Shown piece after piece: positions 20,608 through 32,215 of a stretch of DNA of 64,000 nt. The notes beneath the pieces are model-generated. The model made no database searches, was not told where the DNA came from, and saw only the letters and a list, made by a program, of their open reading frames with translations. Both the position numbers and the translations under genes were made by a program. How positions within the stretch are numbered: position 1 is the first letter of the stretch; each line of letters opens with the position of its first letter. The stretch is from Naegleria gruberi (lineage: Eukaryota): NCBI GenBank assembly GCA_000004985.1, contig GG738879.1, one strand, 5' to 3'.

Positions 20608-23600
20608 ATGAAGACTCGAAACATGCGCCCTGCCGCACTGGTGGCGTGCAGTCTTGCTCTTTTACTTGTTGCTTGTGTTTTTGGTCAACAAGTAATTCCA
20701 ATCACTGATATTGGTATTTCCCTCCACGGCACTGTGGAAAAGGACCAATGGATTTATTACTCTGTTGATCCAAGCAAATTTGAATTTGGACAAAATGATA
20801 CTGGTTATGCTACATTTATGCTCACATCATTGAGTGGTGACTCTGATCTTCACGTTAGTATCACTGGTGTACCAAATGGTATTCCTTGCACTAATTGTAT
20901 ATTCTCTGCCGATACTCCTTTCAGTGATACACAAACTGTTGACAAGAGTGATAACACAAAATGGCCAGCTCCTGGTGGTATTTTCTACATTGGTGTTCAT
21001 GGTTTTAGTGTTGCTGAATTTGTTTTTAACGTTTGGTCAAGCAACAGTAAGTTGATACAATTTTTAAAAAACATATTATTTAACAATATATTGTGATGAT
21101 GAATATTATTATTTATTATTATTATTGTAATTTTCAGAGTTTGTTCACCTTACCGACGGAACTCCACAACAAGCCAAGGCTCTCAGAGGAACCTACACAT
21201 ACTTTAGACTTGAACTTCCTCACCTCTTGGCAACTAATCTTTCTATTTCAGTCACTCCAATTGATGGAGATCCTGATATTTTTGTTTCTTCACAAACACA
21301 ATATCCAACTTCAAATAATTATGAATGGAGTTCTAGGAGCTATGGATTTGACATTGTCAACATTCAACATGACACTCAAATGAATCCAGGTCTTGTTTAT
21401 TGGATTGGTGTTTATGCTTACAATGATGTTCACTTTACCATTGTTGCTAGACAATCCGAAACTGCAGTCCGTCTTCCTGAAGGACATGCTGTTGGTGATT
21501 TGATTGAAGCTGATCAAATGGAATATTATGTTTACAATAATCTTCAATTCCAACGTCTTTTGATAAGTCTTATTCCTTTGACTTCAAGAGGTGATCCAGA
21601 TCTTTACATCAAATTCGGTTCCGTTCCAACTTTGACCGATTATGATTATTCCCAAAGATCTATGGGTAATGATGCTTTTGAAATTGAAAAGGCCTCATCT
21701 CAATTGGGTTATTATTATATTGGTGTTCATGGTTATGCCAGAGATACCAAATATAGAATTCTTGTCACCACAGAAGAAGCTAACACTGTTTGTGCTGATG
21801 GTGTTTCTTATGCTGGTCGCCTTCTTACTAATGAACTCAATTACTACAAATTCTCTCATGCTGACACTGAAAGTCGTGTTACTGTTACAGTTAAGGTCTA
21901 CTCTGGTGCTGTCACTTTATACTATGCTTCTCATTCAAGACCAACACCTCAAAAGTATGATAGAATGGAAGTTTTGCAAGCTGGTGAACAAACCATTAAT
22001 ATGATGCTTCCTGCTATTGTTCAAGATTATTTCTTTGCAGTTCATGGTGTTTCTAATGCTGATTACTCAATTATTATTTCTACCAATCAAGTCCCTAGTC
22101 CTTTGGTTGATGGTTATGCCATTTACTGGGCTAGAGTTCCTAAAAATTATTATAGACATTTCTACTTTGAAGCTGATGATTTTGATACTAGTGATGTTTC
22201 TATTACTGTCGATCCAAGACTTGGTGATGTTGATCTCTATGTTAGTACTGAAGATTATTTCCCAACCAAAGATAACTACACTTGGTCCAGCAACAGCTAC
22301 AGCAAGGATACTGTACATATCGCTGCCAATGATCCTCTTGCAAAGGGTAAGAAATTGTTCCGTATTTCAGTCTTTGGTTTCCAAGAATCTAATTTCTTTA
22401 CCATTATTGCCATGCAAACCAATACCACTGTTATTTTGTTAGACGATGTCAGCACTCCTGGTACTGTTACCAGAAGAGATTATATTACCTACAAATACAA
22501 TGTTGAAGGTACCTCCAACCTTAGAGTTTCAGTTCAACCAACCTCTGAAGGTTCAGTTACTGTTTTCTGGAGTAGAACCAATCCAAAGCCAAACATGTTC
22601 CACAATGATGGTACATCAGATGACTTTGGTGGTAGTGTTTTTGAAATTAATTATGCTTATAAGGGTCCTTTATATATTAGTGTTTATGGTAAATCTGGTG
22701 CTCTTGTTTCATATGTTATTAATGTCAGGACAAACTATCAACATATTTATTCCAATGGACAATCATACCTTATTGAAGCTGATCAAAGTGAATATACTCA
22801 GTTCAGACTTTATGTGGGTTCCCATGTCAAGAACCTCGTTATTTCAGCTACTCTTGTCTCTGGTTTCACTAAGATGTATATTTCAAATGATGGCCAACCT
22901 GCCAACGCTACTCATTACACTTGGGTCAACTCTGAATGGCCAGGTAACGCTTTCATCATTCAAAATACTAACCCAGATTTCAAGCCTGGCAACTGGTTCA
23001 TTGGTGTTTATGGCGTAGTTGCATCTACATTCTATATTTCTGCCTCATCATATCCATATTATGCTTGGTTGGCTGAAGGTGTTCCAATGTTGGGTAAGGC
23101 TCCAGCTGATGGTACCCCAATGGTTTATGCTTATTGGTTGCCATACGTAGCAGATGACAAGAAGTCAGATTATGCCCTTCATATTAGAGCTATTGCTGGT
23201 CCAGTTGATGTATACGTCATTCAAGATTACAATGTTATTCCATCAAAAACTAACTTTACATTCTTCTCATCAGGCGACTCTGATAGAACTCTTTATCTTC
23301 CAAAGACCTCACTCAAATTTAGTTCTTCTCTTTATATTGGTGTTTATGGTAGAGCCGACTTTGGTGTTCCAACATTCCAACTTACTATGGGTACTTCTGA
23401 TTCTCCTAAATTCCTTGGACAAGATCAACCTCAATCTATCATCCTTCCTCCAAAGACCTATTCTTACTATCAAGTTATGAATAGATATGCTAAAAGCAAG
23501 GTATCTGTTTTCACTGAATCTTGTAACAATTCTCCAGCACCAAAGGTTTACCTTTCTGCTCTTGAAGAAAAACCACAAGCTGATTCATCTGATGCTGTTG

Positions 23601-24424
23601 CCTCAGTTGCTTTAACTGATTATCCTAGAAGTCTTGTTCAATCTGTTTCTGTTGACTCTCTTGCTGAACAAAAGTTCTATCTTGGTGTTGGTAATTTGGA
23701 TTATGCATCTGATTCATCAATCTATGTCACAACTGGTGATGATGCTAGACCATCTCTCATTAAGAACGTTCTTGAAGGTGCTAATATGGATAATTCAATG
23801 ACTGTTATGATTGTTCCTACTGCCAAAGCATCCTCCAGAGAAATGCCAGGAAACTTCTTGACATACAATGTTTACATCACTGAAATTGCTAAAGATCAAA
23901 ACTTTGGTGTTGTTAACATGCACACTACTTGTGGTATCAAGCGTAGTGGTTTGTTGGTCACTTCTGTTGTTGGTAACCCTGCATCTCAAAACATCCAAAT
24001 CAAATTCAGCGTTGATAAGAGTAGAAAGTACATTGTTAACGTTTTAGCTCAAGATAATATCGGTCTTTCAATTCCTTACACTCCATCTTATATTGTTAAT
24101 GGTGTTGTTATTGCTGAAAATACATCAGATGGAGGTTCTGTTGCTGCTGCTGTCATCTTCTCACTTTTGGCTGTATTCCTTGTTTTAGGTATTGCTGGCT
24201 ACATTGGTGGAGGTATTGCTTACAAGCATCGTCAAGGTCACAGAGGTATTGAAATGATTCCTAACATTGATTTGTGGAGAAAGATCTTCACTTGTGGTAG
24301 ATATGGTAGCTCTTACTCTACATTTGATGATGACAGAGTCAACACTTCTGGTTTCGGTAGCACTAATAACTCTTCAAGAGGTGAGGCTCAACCAATCAAC
24401 AGCTCTGGTTATGGATCTATTTAA
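20608..24424 (+). CDS. Type I membrane protein with about nine tandem PPC (pre-peptidase C-terminal)-like beta-sandwich repeats. Two exons: 20608..21046 and about 21138..24424. About 1210 aa.
   Basis: Signal peptide (MKTRNMRPAALVACSLALLLVACVFG). Each repeat has GDxDLYVS...YEWSS/YSQRS...YYIGVHGY/YWIGVYAY...(Y/F)TI motifs. There is a C-terminal TM (AAAVIFSLLAVFLVLGIAGYIGGGIAY) and a G/S/Y-rich tail. The 91-nt intron (GTAAGTTGATAC...TGTAATTTTCAG, about 85% AT) joins ORF 20608 to ORF 21227 in frame (AAC A|AG TTT) and keeps the repeat periodicity. Confidence 0.65.
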
Positions 24425-24752
24425 GTCTCTTTAGCGAGAAAACACATTAATTTATTTAATAAAAATATTTATTCATTCATCAATCTATGTCACAACTGGT
24501 GATGATGTTGAAATTTATATGATTTGACATCTGTTTCTAGTTAATGTTTGAATAAGGTAACCTTTGTTTGAACTCTTATTCTCATGGAGAAATTACCCAG
24601 AGAAACTGAAATAATTTAGAAAGTGAATTAAAGAAGGAAAGGATGAGAACAATAAGAAACAGAGAACACTTAAATAATTTCTTAAGTTATGAAGCCAAAT
24701 TTCAAGAGAAAGGGAAGTCCAAATTTGGAAAACAAATAATAACAAGCCAGAA

Positions 24753-27700
24753 TTAATGACTAATCTTATTTATTGGTTTTACAACCCAAATCCATTTACA
24801 TACAATAGAGAAAAAACAATGACCATCAACCACGTTGAATGATGTGATGATTGATGAATCACCCAATCTTTGACTCTCGAGAACTTTTGGTGAAGTTGAA
24901 CATTCACTTCCTGACCATCCACCCACACAAGCACAGTTATTTGGTGAGAAACAACTGCCGTGTCCAGAACAAACAGATACACTTGTGGAGATAGTTCCAT
25001 AACAATCAAATTGGTTACACTCTTTTCCATAGTAGTTATTTGCACATAAACAATTATTTGGTGATAAACAACTGCCGTGTCCAGAACAAACTGATGTGTT
25101 TGTGGAGATTGTTCCATAACAATCAAATTGGCTACAGTCATTTCCGTAGTGATTATTTACACATGAACAATTATTTGGTGAGAGACAGCTACCATTCAAA
25201 CTTCCACCACATGCATTATTGTCAATCAATCCAAAACAAATTGGTGTTCCACATTCTTTACCCGTGTATTCATTTGAGCAGGTGCAATTGTTGAAAGAGG
25301 AACAATTGCCTTTGAATGGACCATTACAGGCATCACTTCCATTCAATCCAAAGCAAATAGGCTTCTCACATTCAATTCCAAACCATCCACTTGTGCATGA
25401 ACAGGTATTTACATCACTACATAATCCATTTCCAGAACAGGCAGCAGTTGAGGTTTTGTTGAAACAAAATGGAAGACAAGTTTGGAAATCATCTTGCATT
25501 TCATAACCATCTGGACATCCAATCTTTCTTACAACTCTTCCATTTCCATTACTCATATGAATTACACCAATGGCATTTGTCAAAGGTGAAACTGAAATTC
25601 CAACAATATCACCAAATGTTGCATTACTCAATAATCCATCTTCCATTGAGGTCGATCCAGATTTTCCAGTCACTAACTTTAACACATTTTCCTTCTCATC
25701 AAATCTATAAATTTCATTGTCTCTCACCAAAATAATGGTTCCAAACTTGGTACATTGTATAGTATAACTTTCAATGGATAAACCATCCAATTGTTTTCTC
25801 AACATTCCATCTGGTGTTAACTTGAAAAAGTATGAATTAATAAGCAAGTAAACATTATCATCATTTGGACATGTGGTGAAATCATTAAATTCCATAAGTG
25901 GAAAGTCAGTTGCTTTGGTAATATTTGGATAAACATAATAAGGATTGTACAAGCCATTGCCAACTATTGTTGAAACTATTCCATTAGCATCAATCTTTCT
26001 CACTCTGCTATATTCATAATCATAAATCATCATTTCTCCGCTATTATAATTCACATTAACACCATATGGAGTAAATTGAGTTTTAGTATAGTGAACATTT
26101 TCCACCAGTTGACCAATAATAGTGGAAACAGTTCTTACATCCATATCCACAATTCTCACTCTTTTACCATCGAGGAAGTATAAATTTCCATCAATGGATG
26201 AAATTCTTGCTGCTGCAACTGTAGCAAGGGTGTTTTCTTCAGAAAGTTCTTTGTTATCCCCACTTACAACAGAACTTCTGGTTGTCTTTCTTTCAACTGA
26301 ATTACCTGTTAATGATATCTCTATTAATTCATTATCGTAAACTGTGAAAATCATGCCATTGTAGTAACTCAAATAGTATGGATAGCCTATTGAGGCAGTT
26401 GAGAGATTACCATTTTGGTAATTGGTGTTTTGGTATTGACCAGCCACAGTAGAAACGACTCCATTAGAAATCTTTCGAATAACACAATTGAAAGTATCTG
26501 AAACATATAGATCTCCATTGGTAGTATCTATATCAAGACCATTGGGAAAGTAAAAACGTGCAGTCTGAATTGGACCATCTTGATATCCACTTATCGTTCC
26601 TCCAGAAAAGGTTGAAACTATTTGAGATGTGAAATTGTAAACTCTGATTCTATGATTATAAGCATCAACAAAATATAGTTGACCATCAAGTGCATTAAAT
26701 GTCAAACCTAGAGGGTAATTTAATTGAACATCCGTGCCAATACCACTTTCATAGTTATTGGAAGTTGAAGAACCTGTTCCAATAATTCTGGTTGATTTTT
26801 CTAAAGAATCAACTCTATAGATAGAGGTTCTATCTGAGAAGTAAACATTAGAATTTGAATCTATTTCAATTGACTGTGGATTTCCATTGTATAGACTATT
26901 ACCTGAACTGTCAGCTGTTATGTGAATAGTTGAAATTATTCCATTTTGTGAAATCTTTCTAATTCTGTCCAAACTTAACAAGTAAATTTCACTTGTTTTC
27001 TTATCAAATTTGATGTCAATATAGTTTGATGAGGTAATTGCTTGCTCAAACGGGACATTATCAACTCCAAAGTAATCTGGAGCAAATAAAAGTCTTGTTC
27101 CATTGGTTAAATACTTGTACATTACTCTATCACCAATGATATAGATATTGTTCTGATTATCAGCATATTCTATTTGATACTTGTTACTTCCAGAAAGACC
27201 TGTGTTAAACAGGAAAGTTGTCAATCCATCTTTAAATTTGACAACTTGTTGGTAACTTGAAACCACAAATGAATCCTCATTCAATGAATAAGCCAGGCTG
27301 TTTCCTTTGACAAATGATTGTCCATAGGTTGTTCCTGAAATAGTGTATGGATCTGGTGAACCTGCTATAATTGTTGTCCATGCTTGTTGATTTTGTAGAT
27401 CTACCTTTCTAATAACTCGATTATCAAGATCGGCAATCAATAATTGATCCAATTGTGGTAGATATTGAATTTGGTAGGGTCTTACATACACATCCTTTCC
27501 ATTTTGTGGAAGATATGTTCTTTCATATGAATTGATATCGTTTCCCAAAAGTGTTGAAACCTGATTAGAATTCATATTCAACACTCTGACACGTTGATTA
27601 TTCAGATCTGAAATGAACAACTCTTGTGTCGAGTCTTTGAATGAAAGAGAGGGAATATAGTAAAACAGAGCTTGAGTTGCATTTCCATCTCTATATCCAT

Positions 27701-28442
27701 TATTATAATTATTGCCATCTCCTGCAATTACACTCATCACTCCATTACTCAACAATTTAACAATATTATTATAGGCTGACAAGTAAATATCACCATTTGA
27801 TGGATTAATAACCAATCCATTCATATTTTGATAGTAAGCAATGGTTGAAACAGTCGAGTTGACTTGTGAAATTAATCTCACTTTTTCTCCATCAGCAAGA
27901 TAAATGTCCTTGTTGGGACCGTGGACAAATAATTGTCTTGGCCCAACGAAAGTTGAACTATTCAAACTACGATCATCATATCCACTAGTTCGGGGAATAC
28001 CAGCAATATCAAAAATCTTTCCATTCACATCAATTTTTCTAACCAAATAATTATTCGAATCTGTGAAATATAAATCACCATTACTATCATCAAGAAAGAG
28101 AGAAAAAGGAGAGTCAATCTTTGCTTTCAAAGCATCTCCATTATGATCAGTGTTATAACCTGTATTACCATAAATACCTGCTATAGTCTGAAGAGTTCCA
28201 TCTTTTCTAACCTTTCGAATAACTTCATTGGTACAAAAGTAAAATTCAGAACCATCCCTTGATGAGGCAACACATGAAACACTTCCAATATAATTACCCA
28301 AAACAGAGGTAAAATCATTATTTGTATTGGTACTATTAGTGAGAGTGGTCACTGTAGGAAGTATTGGATTCAATGCATGTGTCAGTTGACAAAATAATCC
28401 AATAACCAAAAATAAAAGAAATTGAACGGTAGATTGGTTCAT
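24753..28442 (-). CDS. Large secreted or surface protein with NHL-type beta-propeller repeats followed by tenascin-type EGF repeats, 1229 aa.
   Basis: Signal peptide. Many YxTDxxNxxIRKI-type NHL blades (YFTDSNNYLVRKID, NHRIRVYNF, CVIRKISNG). The C-terminal CxGxGxCxxxNxCxCxxGWxGxxC repeats occur six times or more. A possible 44-nt terminal intron followed by a hydrophobic exon is unresolved. Confidence 0.65.
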   Translation of the reverse strand: MNQSTVQFLLFLVIGLFCQLTHALNPILPTVTTLTNSTNTNNDFTSVLGNYIGSVSCVASSRDGSEFYFCTNEVIRKVRKDGTLQTIAGIYGNTGYNTDHNGDALKAKIDSPFSLFLDDSNGDLYFTDSNNYLVRKIDVNGKIFDIAGIPRTSGYDDRSLNSSTFVGPRQLFVHGPNKDIYLADGEKVRLISQVNSTVSTIAYYQNMNGLVINPSNGDIYLSAYNNIVKLLSNGVMSVIAGDGNNYNNGYRDGNATQALFYYIPSLSFKDSTQELFISDLNNQRVRVLNMNSNQVSTLLGNDINSYERTYLPQNGKDVYVRPYQIQYLPQLDQLLIADLDNRVIRKVDLQNQQAWTTIIAGSPDPYTISGTTYGQSFVKGNSLAYSLNEDSFVVSSYQQVVKFKDGLTTFLFNTGLSGSNKYQIEYADNQNNIYIIGDRVMYKYLTNGTRLLFAPDYFGVDNVPFEQAITSSNYIDIKFDKKTSEIYLLSLDRIRKISQNGIISTIHITADSSGNSLYNGNPQSIEIDSNSNVYFSDRTSIYRVDSLEKSTRIIGTGSSTSNNYESGIGTDVQLNYPLGLTFNALDGQLYFVDAYNHRIRVYNFTSQIVSTFSGGTISGYQDGPIQTARFYFPNGLDIDTTNGDLYVSDTFNCVIRKISNGVVSTVAGQYQNTNYQNGNLSTASIGYPYYLSYYNGMIFTVYDNELIEISLTGNSVERKTTRSSVVSGDNKELSEENTLATVAAARISSIDGNLYFLDGKRVRIVDMDVRTVSTIIGQLVENVHYTKTQFTPYGVNVNYNSGEMMIYDYEYSRVRKIDANGIVSTIVGNGLYNPYYVYPNITKATDFPLMEFNDFTTCPNDDNVYLLINSYFFKLTPDGMLRKQLDGLSIESYTIQCTKFGTIILVRDNEIYRFDEKENVLKLVTGKSGSTSMEDGLLSNATFGDIVGISVSPLTNAIGVIHMSNGNGRVVRKIGCPDGYEMQDDFQTCLPFCFNKTSTAACSGNGLCSDVNTCSCTSGWFGIECEKPICFGLNGSDACNGPFKGNCSSFNNCTCSNEYTGKECGTPICFGLIDNNACGGSLNGSCLSPNNCSCVNNHYGNDCSQFDCYGTISTNTSVCSGHGSCLSPNNCLCANNYYGKECNQFDCYGTISTSVSVCSGHGSCFSPNNCACVGGWSGSECSTSPKVLESQRLGDSSIITSFNVVDGHCFFSIVCKWIWVVKPINKISH

Positions 28443-28970
28443 CTTTGCAATATTTTTTTTTTGAACTGGTAGCCAATTTAACTGTCTGCGTGAATGGAAA
28501 ATGAACTTGATAGTAGGTAGGCCACAGGTTGCTATTCCTGGCTCTAATGGGCATGATTGACAAGTGACTTATTCACAAAGATGATGCACTTTTGTTTCAT
28601 TGTATTAAACAATGTCTTGTAATGGTGAATTAGTTATTTTCAGATTTTATTTTCAAACAGTTTAATTCACTCTGTGTTTCGTCAAGAACTTTTTGGGTTT
28701 TTGAGACTTGTTTTTCATTGGTCCACCACAAAAGTGTCCTTACAATACAAACTGTAAATTCAAACTTGCATTACAACCATTCCAATGAATCTATTTTAAA
28801 CTCTCAGCCAATCAGCACAGCCTTGTTTCGTGTATTTTCAACAGCTTAAAATTCCCGCGATTCTCAAAGGCTAAAAAATCAAATCTTAAAAAAAAACAAC
28901 GAAAAAGTTCCGCAAGGTTACGCAAGTACTCGACTCTCTGTAAAAACAACAACACATAGACGGTTACCCT

Positions 28971-29942
28971 ATGCTAAAAATCCCACAACCACAACAAGAA
29001 TATAACAACCAAGGAGTAGCATTAGAACAACACCCACCTAATAATCGTACAAATAGTTTAAGTAGTCAAAATGTCGGAATTAAGTTTTTGCAAACAAGTA
29101 ACAAGACCTTAGTTGAGGTTTGTATTTGAACATGTTATGTAATTTCTTAAACACTGTTGGTGCTATAGACCAAGATTCAAGTCTCTTTGGAGAGTCTCGT
29201 AAAATTGGATGATAATACTGTAAAGAATATTCTTTACGAAATGGCAAACTCAAATTTGAGTATTGAAAATTCTTCTATTGAGAATTTTGCATTGATTACT
29301 TCAAAGCACTTTTTCAGAGAATTTGATAATATTAATCTTGTAAAGTTGGACGTTGAACAATCTAATTGGCAACAAATCGAAAACAACAAGGCTGGACATT
29401 TCCAAGCTGAATGTCTCAGATTTGGTGAGTTTTGTTTTTAGCTTTGATGATTGACATTAATAGTTCGTCTCGCTGATCCAAGAAATGGTGAAATTTCCCT
29501 TTGTAGTGGAGTTAAATCTTTGAGTGTTCCAAAGAAATCTGAAGTATCAGAATTCTTGAAGAGTAATTCTATCAAGATGGACGTTTTCTGGAAGATTTCC
29601 TCAAGTGGCATTGAAGAACATACAAGAAGCTTGGTTAATGATAGGCAATCTGTTATTGACTTTAATGAAACCTATGATAAGGTTAGAGAATCTATTTGGA
29701 ATGGTGTAAAGGACATTCAAAACATTGACTTGAAGGATCAATGTAACAATGTATTGGGAGATGTACCAATAATTAAGTGTGTCTTTATCTCAATCCCAAA
29801 TTGTGGACAAAAGATGGATGCATTTGCTTCTAGACATCAATCTGTTACTCAACAATTCTCATTCCATGGTCGTCCAGCCAATAATATTTTCCTCAACCAC
29901 TTCCATAGAATGAACAGAGATTTTTATGCTTCCAAGCTCTAA
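28971..29942 (+). CDS. Urate oxidase (uricase), three exons: 28971..29117, 29169..29424 and 29464..29942. About 293 aa, with a C-terminal SKL peroxisomal targeting signal.
   Basis: Tunnel-fold strands VGIKFLQTSNKTLVE|TKIQVSLESLVKLDDNTVKNILYEMAN and ...AGHFQAECLRF|VRLADPRNGEISLCSGVKSLSVPKKSEVSEF resemble the uricase family. Both introns are short, AT-rich and GT..AG (GTTTGT...CTATAG and GTGAGT...TTAATAG) and restore the frame. The protein ends ...FYASKL. Confidence 0.7.
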
Positions 29943-30136
29943 ATCCTATGTAAATAAATTCCAAAATATGTCTTATTAATATCATAAAATCTGTCAAATC
30001 CTTCACTTGTTTATTTCCAGATAATTTTTAATAATTCTTGTTCTGGTGCTTATATTACATTTGATTCTTTCAATTTTACATATTTGGATAATTGATTTAT
30101 TTATCAAAAGAATAAGTAGAAACAAAGTAAAAGAAA

Positions 30137-30577
30137 ATGCACGTTAAAAACTTTATGATTCCTGCAAAGCAAGTTATTACAGCGTCACCTTCATCCTCTT
30201 TAACTGAAGTTGGATCCCTGATGGTGACCAATCACATTGGTTGTGTACTAATTGTCGAAAACTCAAAACCAATCGGTATTATCACAAAATCAGACATGGT
30301 AAAATACTATCTGGAAAATGCTGATATTAAAAAACCAGTCCAAGAATTCATGAGCACCAATTTGAAAACAGTGAAGGATACCTTAGAAACAGACCAAGCT
30401 GCAACTGAAATGAATTCTAGCAAACTTCACTATCTCATCGTTAATGATTCAAAGAATAATTGGGAAGGTATTGTTTCAACGAAGGATGTGCTTGAAGAGG
30501 AGGTGTTTGAATCAAAGGCATTTCCTTATGTGACACGAGTTGGTATTTCCAGATCATCGCCATACATTAAATATTAA
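30137..30577 (+). CDS. CBS-domain-pair protein, 146 aa.
   Basis: Two CBS-like motifs (VITASPSSSLTEVGSLMVTNHIGCVLIVENSKPIGIITKSDMVKY and NLKTVKDTL...HYLIVNDSKNNWEGIVSTKDVL). Confidence 0.6.
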   Translation: MHVKNFMIPAKQVITASPSSSLTEVGSLMVTNHIGCVLIVENSKPIGIITKSDMVKYYLENADIKKPVQEFMSTNLKTVKDTLETDQAATEMNSSKLHYLIVNDSKNNWEGIVSTKDVLEEEVFESKAFPYVTRVGISRSSPYIKY

Positions 30578-30711
30578 TCATCCAATTGATTCAATCTAAC
30601 TTTAGTATTATAACACTTCTTCATCATTTTACTTATTGATAATTGAACATCTTCAATTGGATAGTCCAATCTAACAGATTCCATCTTAATATAAATCACA
30701 ATGTATCCATA

Positions 30712-31272
30712 TCACATATAAATACTTACGGCAGTATGTTTAACACATTGAAAATGGATTTTTGAAGGTTGATTTTCATCAGAATCTCTCAATAACGATC
30801 CACATTCAGCCCAATAGGATGCCCTAATTTCAGAACATGATCTATCATCCAATTTTCTCAAATTAAAATTCCTAATAGAACACAATGGAGCGTCATCAAT
30901 GGAATGTATCAATTCATGTCTTAACACTTCATTTAATTCACTCTCATTCAACACATGATTTTTGCACACAATAATTCTTCTCTCTTCCTTTCCATCATTC
31001 AAGTAGCGCCTTTGATAATATGCCCTCGCATGATTATCGCACTCTATTACATTCAATTTCACATCTTGTTTACATTCGGAAAGGAGAGTTTCATACAAGA
31101 GTCTAACTTTTTCATCACAATTATTTCCTTTTAATTTTAAACAATTATCAAAATACTTTTGAATCCAATCATGATCATCTTTTATATTATTATCATTGTT
31201 TTGATTCTTCCCTTCTTCTGAATTTTCTTGATCCGAGCCGAGAAATGAAAAACTCTCTTCATGTTGTTGCAT
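30712..31272 (-). CDS. ATP23: Mitochondrial inner-membrane protease ATP23 homolog (peptidase M76).
   Basis: HExxH zinc motif in context LRHELIHSIDD. Conserved Cys pattern C...C...ECGSLLRDSDE...HFQCVKHTA. A short extra 3' exon between 30585 and 30700 cannot be excluded. Confidence 0.6.
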   Translation of the reverse strand: MQQHEESFSFLGSDQENSEEGKNQNNDNNIKDDHDWIQKYFDNCLKLKGNNCDEKVRLLYETLLSECKQDVKLNVIECDNHARAYYQRRYLNDGKEERRIIVCKNHVLNESELNEVLRHELIHSIDDAPLCSIRNFNLRKLDDRSCSEIRASYWAECGSLLRDSDENQPSKIHFQCVKHTAVSIYM

Positions 31273-31339
31273 TTTTTTTTAAAACTGTTTTTAAGGTTTT
31301 TCAAGAATTTACAAAAACATTAAATATTAATAAACCTTT

Positions 31340-32215
31340 TCATTCATCTGATTCATCTGTTTTCAAGTTTCCTTTTCGTTCTTTCATACGTTGCTTCTTT
31401 CTTTCCTCTTCCATCTTTTGAATGATTGAAATGGATTGTTTCATTAGTTCTATATTCTTGTTGATTTTCTCTCGTTGTGATTTTTCTTGTTCTGTGTTGG
31501 ATAATAGAACGTTATTGATAATCTTGTCATGGGATTCCTTACTCCTTCTCAATTCGCATATTAACTGGACTGATTTACTTGTCATTGCCTTAACATAGTC
31601 TTTACCAAAATTGGGATCTATTGGTGGAGCTTCCCTTTTTTTCAATTTCCTTGGTCTTTTCAAATTTGCTTCATCGATATCAAATATTCCCTCCAGTAAA
31701 TCATCAACCTCCAAAATCTGAGCTTTCACTTGTGGTTGCATTTGTCCAAAACTTGCCTTTTCTAAAATCTTTTTCTGTGCATAATTAAAGAGATTTGTTT
31801 GAAAATCAGGATCCTTTTTAATTTCCTCTCTTCTATTCACAATTCTTCCATATTTTTCAATGGTTCTCATCTTGGATTCCATTTCTTTTTGATGTTTATG
31901 TTGATTTTCAAGTTTGAGTCTTCTCTTTGGTGATGAAGATCCATCTATTGTGCCTTGACTGAGAGTTGGAGAATGTCCTCCATCGTCAGTCATGGTTCCA
32001 TCTTTCGAATAATCAGCCATGGGTATTTGGAGAGCCATCTTTGGATCGAGTAGTTGGACTCTTTTGAGGTGTGCTGCTTCCAAATTGCTAGCATTGGCTT
32101 TTAGTAATTGTTTGGAGGTTTTAGGGTCTTTCGGATCATTTTCGAAAAGATTATGAGATTCTCTTGAGGGAGGTCGATATATTCTTGCTGACATTACGCC
32201 ATTTGTTCTAAGCAT
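31340..32215 (-). CDS. Hypothetical K/E-rich coiled-coil (nuclear-type) protein, 291 aa.
   Basis: Real ATG. Charged low-complexity sequence with no recognisable domain. Confidence 0.35.
   Translation of the reverse strand: MLRTNGVMSARIYRPPSRESHNLFENDPKDPKTSKQLLKANASNLEAAHLKRVQLLDPKMALQIPMADYSKDGTMTDDGGHSPTLSQGTIDGSSSPKRRLKLENQHKHQKEMESKMRTIEKYGRIVNRREEIKKDPDFQTNLFNYAQKKILEKASFGQMQPQVKAQILEVDDLLEGIFDIDEANLKRPRKLKKREAPPIDPNFGKDYVKAMTSKSVQLICELRRSKESHDKIINNVLLSNTEQEKSQREKINKNIELMKQSISIIQKMEEERKKQRMKERKGNLKTDESDE

Noticed and set aside
21093-23578. ORFs 21093..21383, 21642..22004, 22017..22442, 22446..23018, 23154..23480 and minus-strand ORFs inside the PPC-repeat gene
   Set aside because: Out-of-frame or antisense hydrophobic artefacts of a T-rich coding strand. 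The PPC frame is continuous and domain-bearing.
28443-28970. Possible E2F-like ATTCCCGCG and CCAAT box in the NHL/uricase divergent promoter
   Set aside because: Single weak matches without the exact AAATTGGCGC 10-mer seen elsewhere. Mentioned only as context.
30585-30711. Possible extra 3' exon of ATP23 (MESVRLDYPIEDVQLSISKMMKKCYNTKVRLNQLDD)
   Set aside because: The unspliced C-terminus (...QCVKHTAVSIYM) already matches the ATP23 family C-terminus. Candidate acceptors are weak and the similarity of the extra peptide is unconvincing. Left as unresolved.
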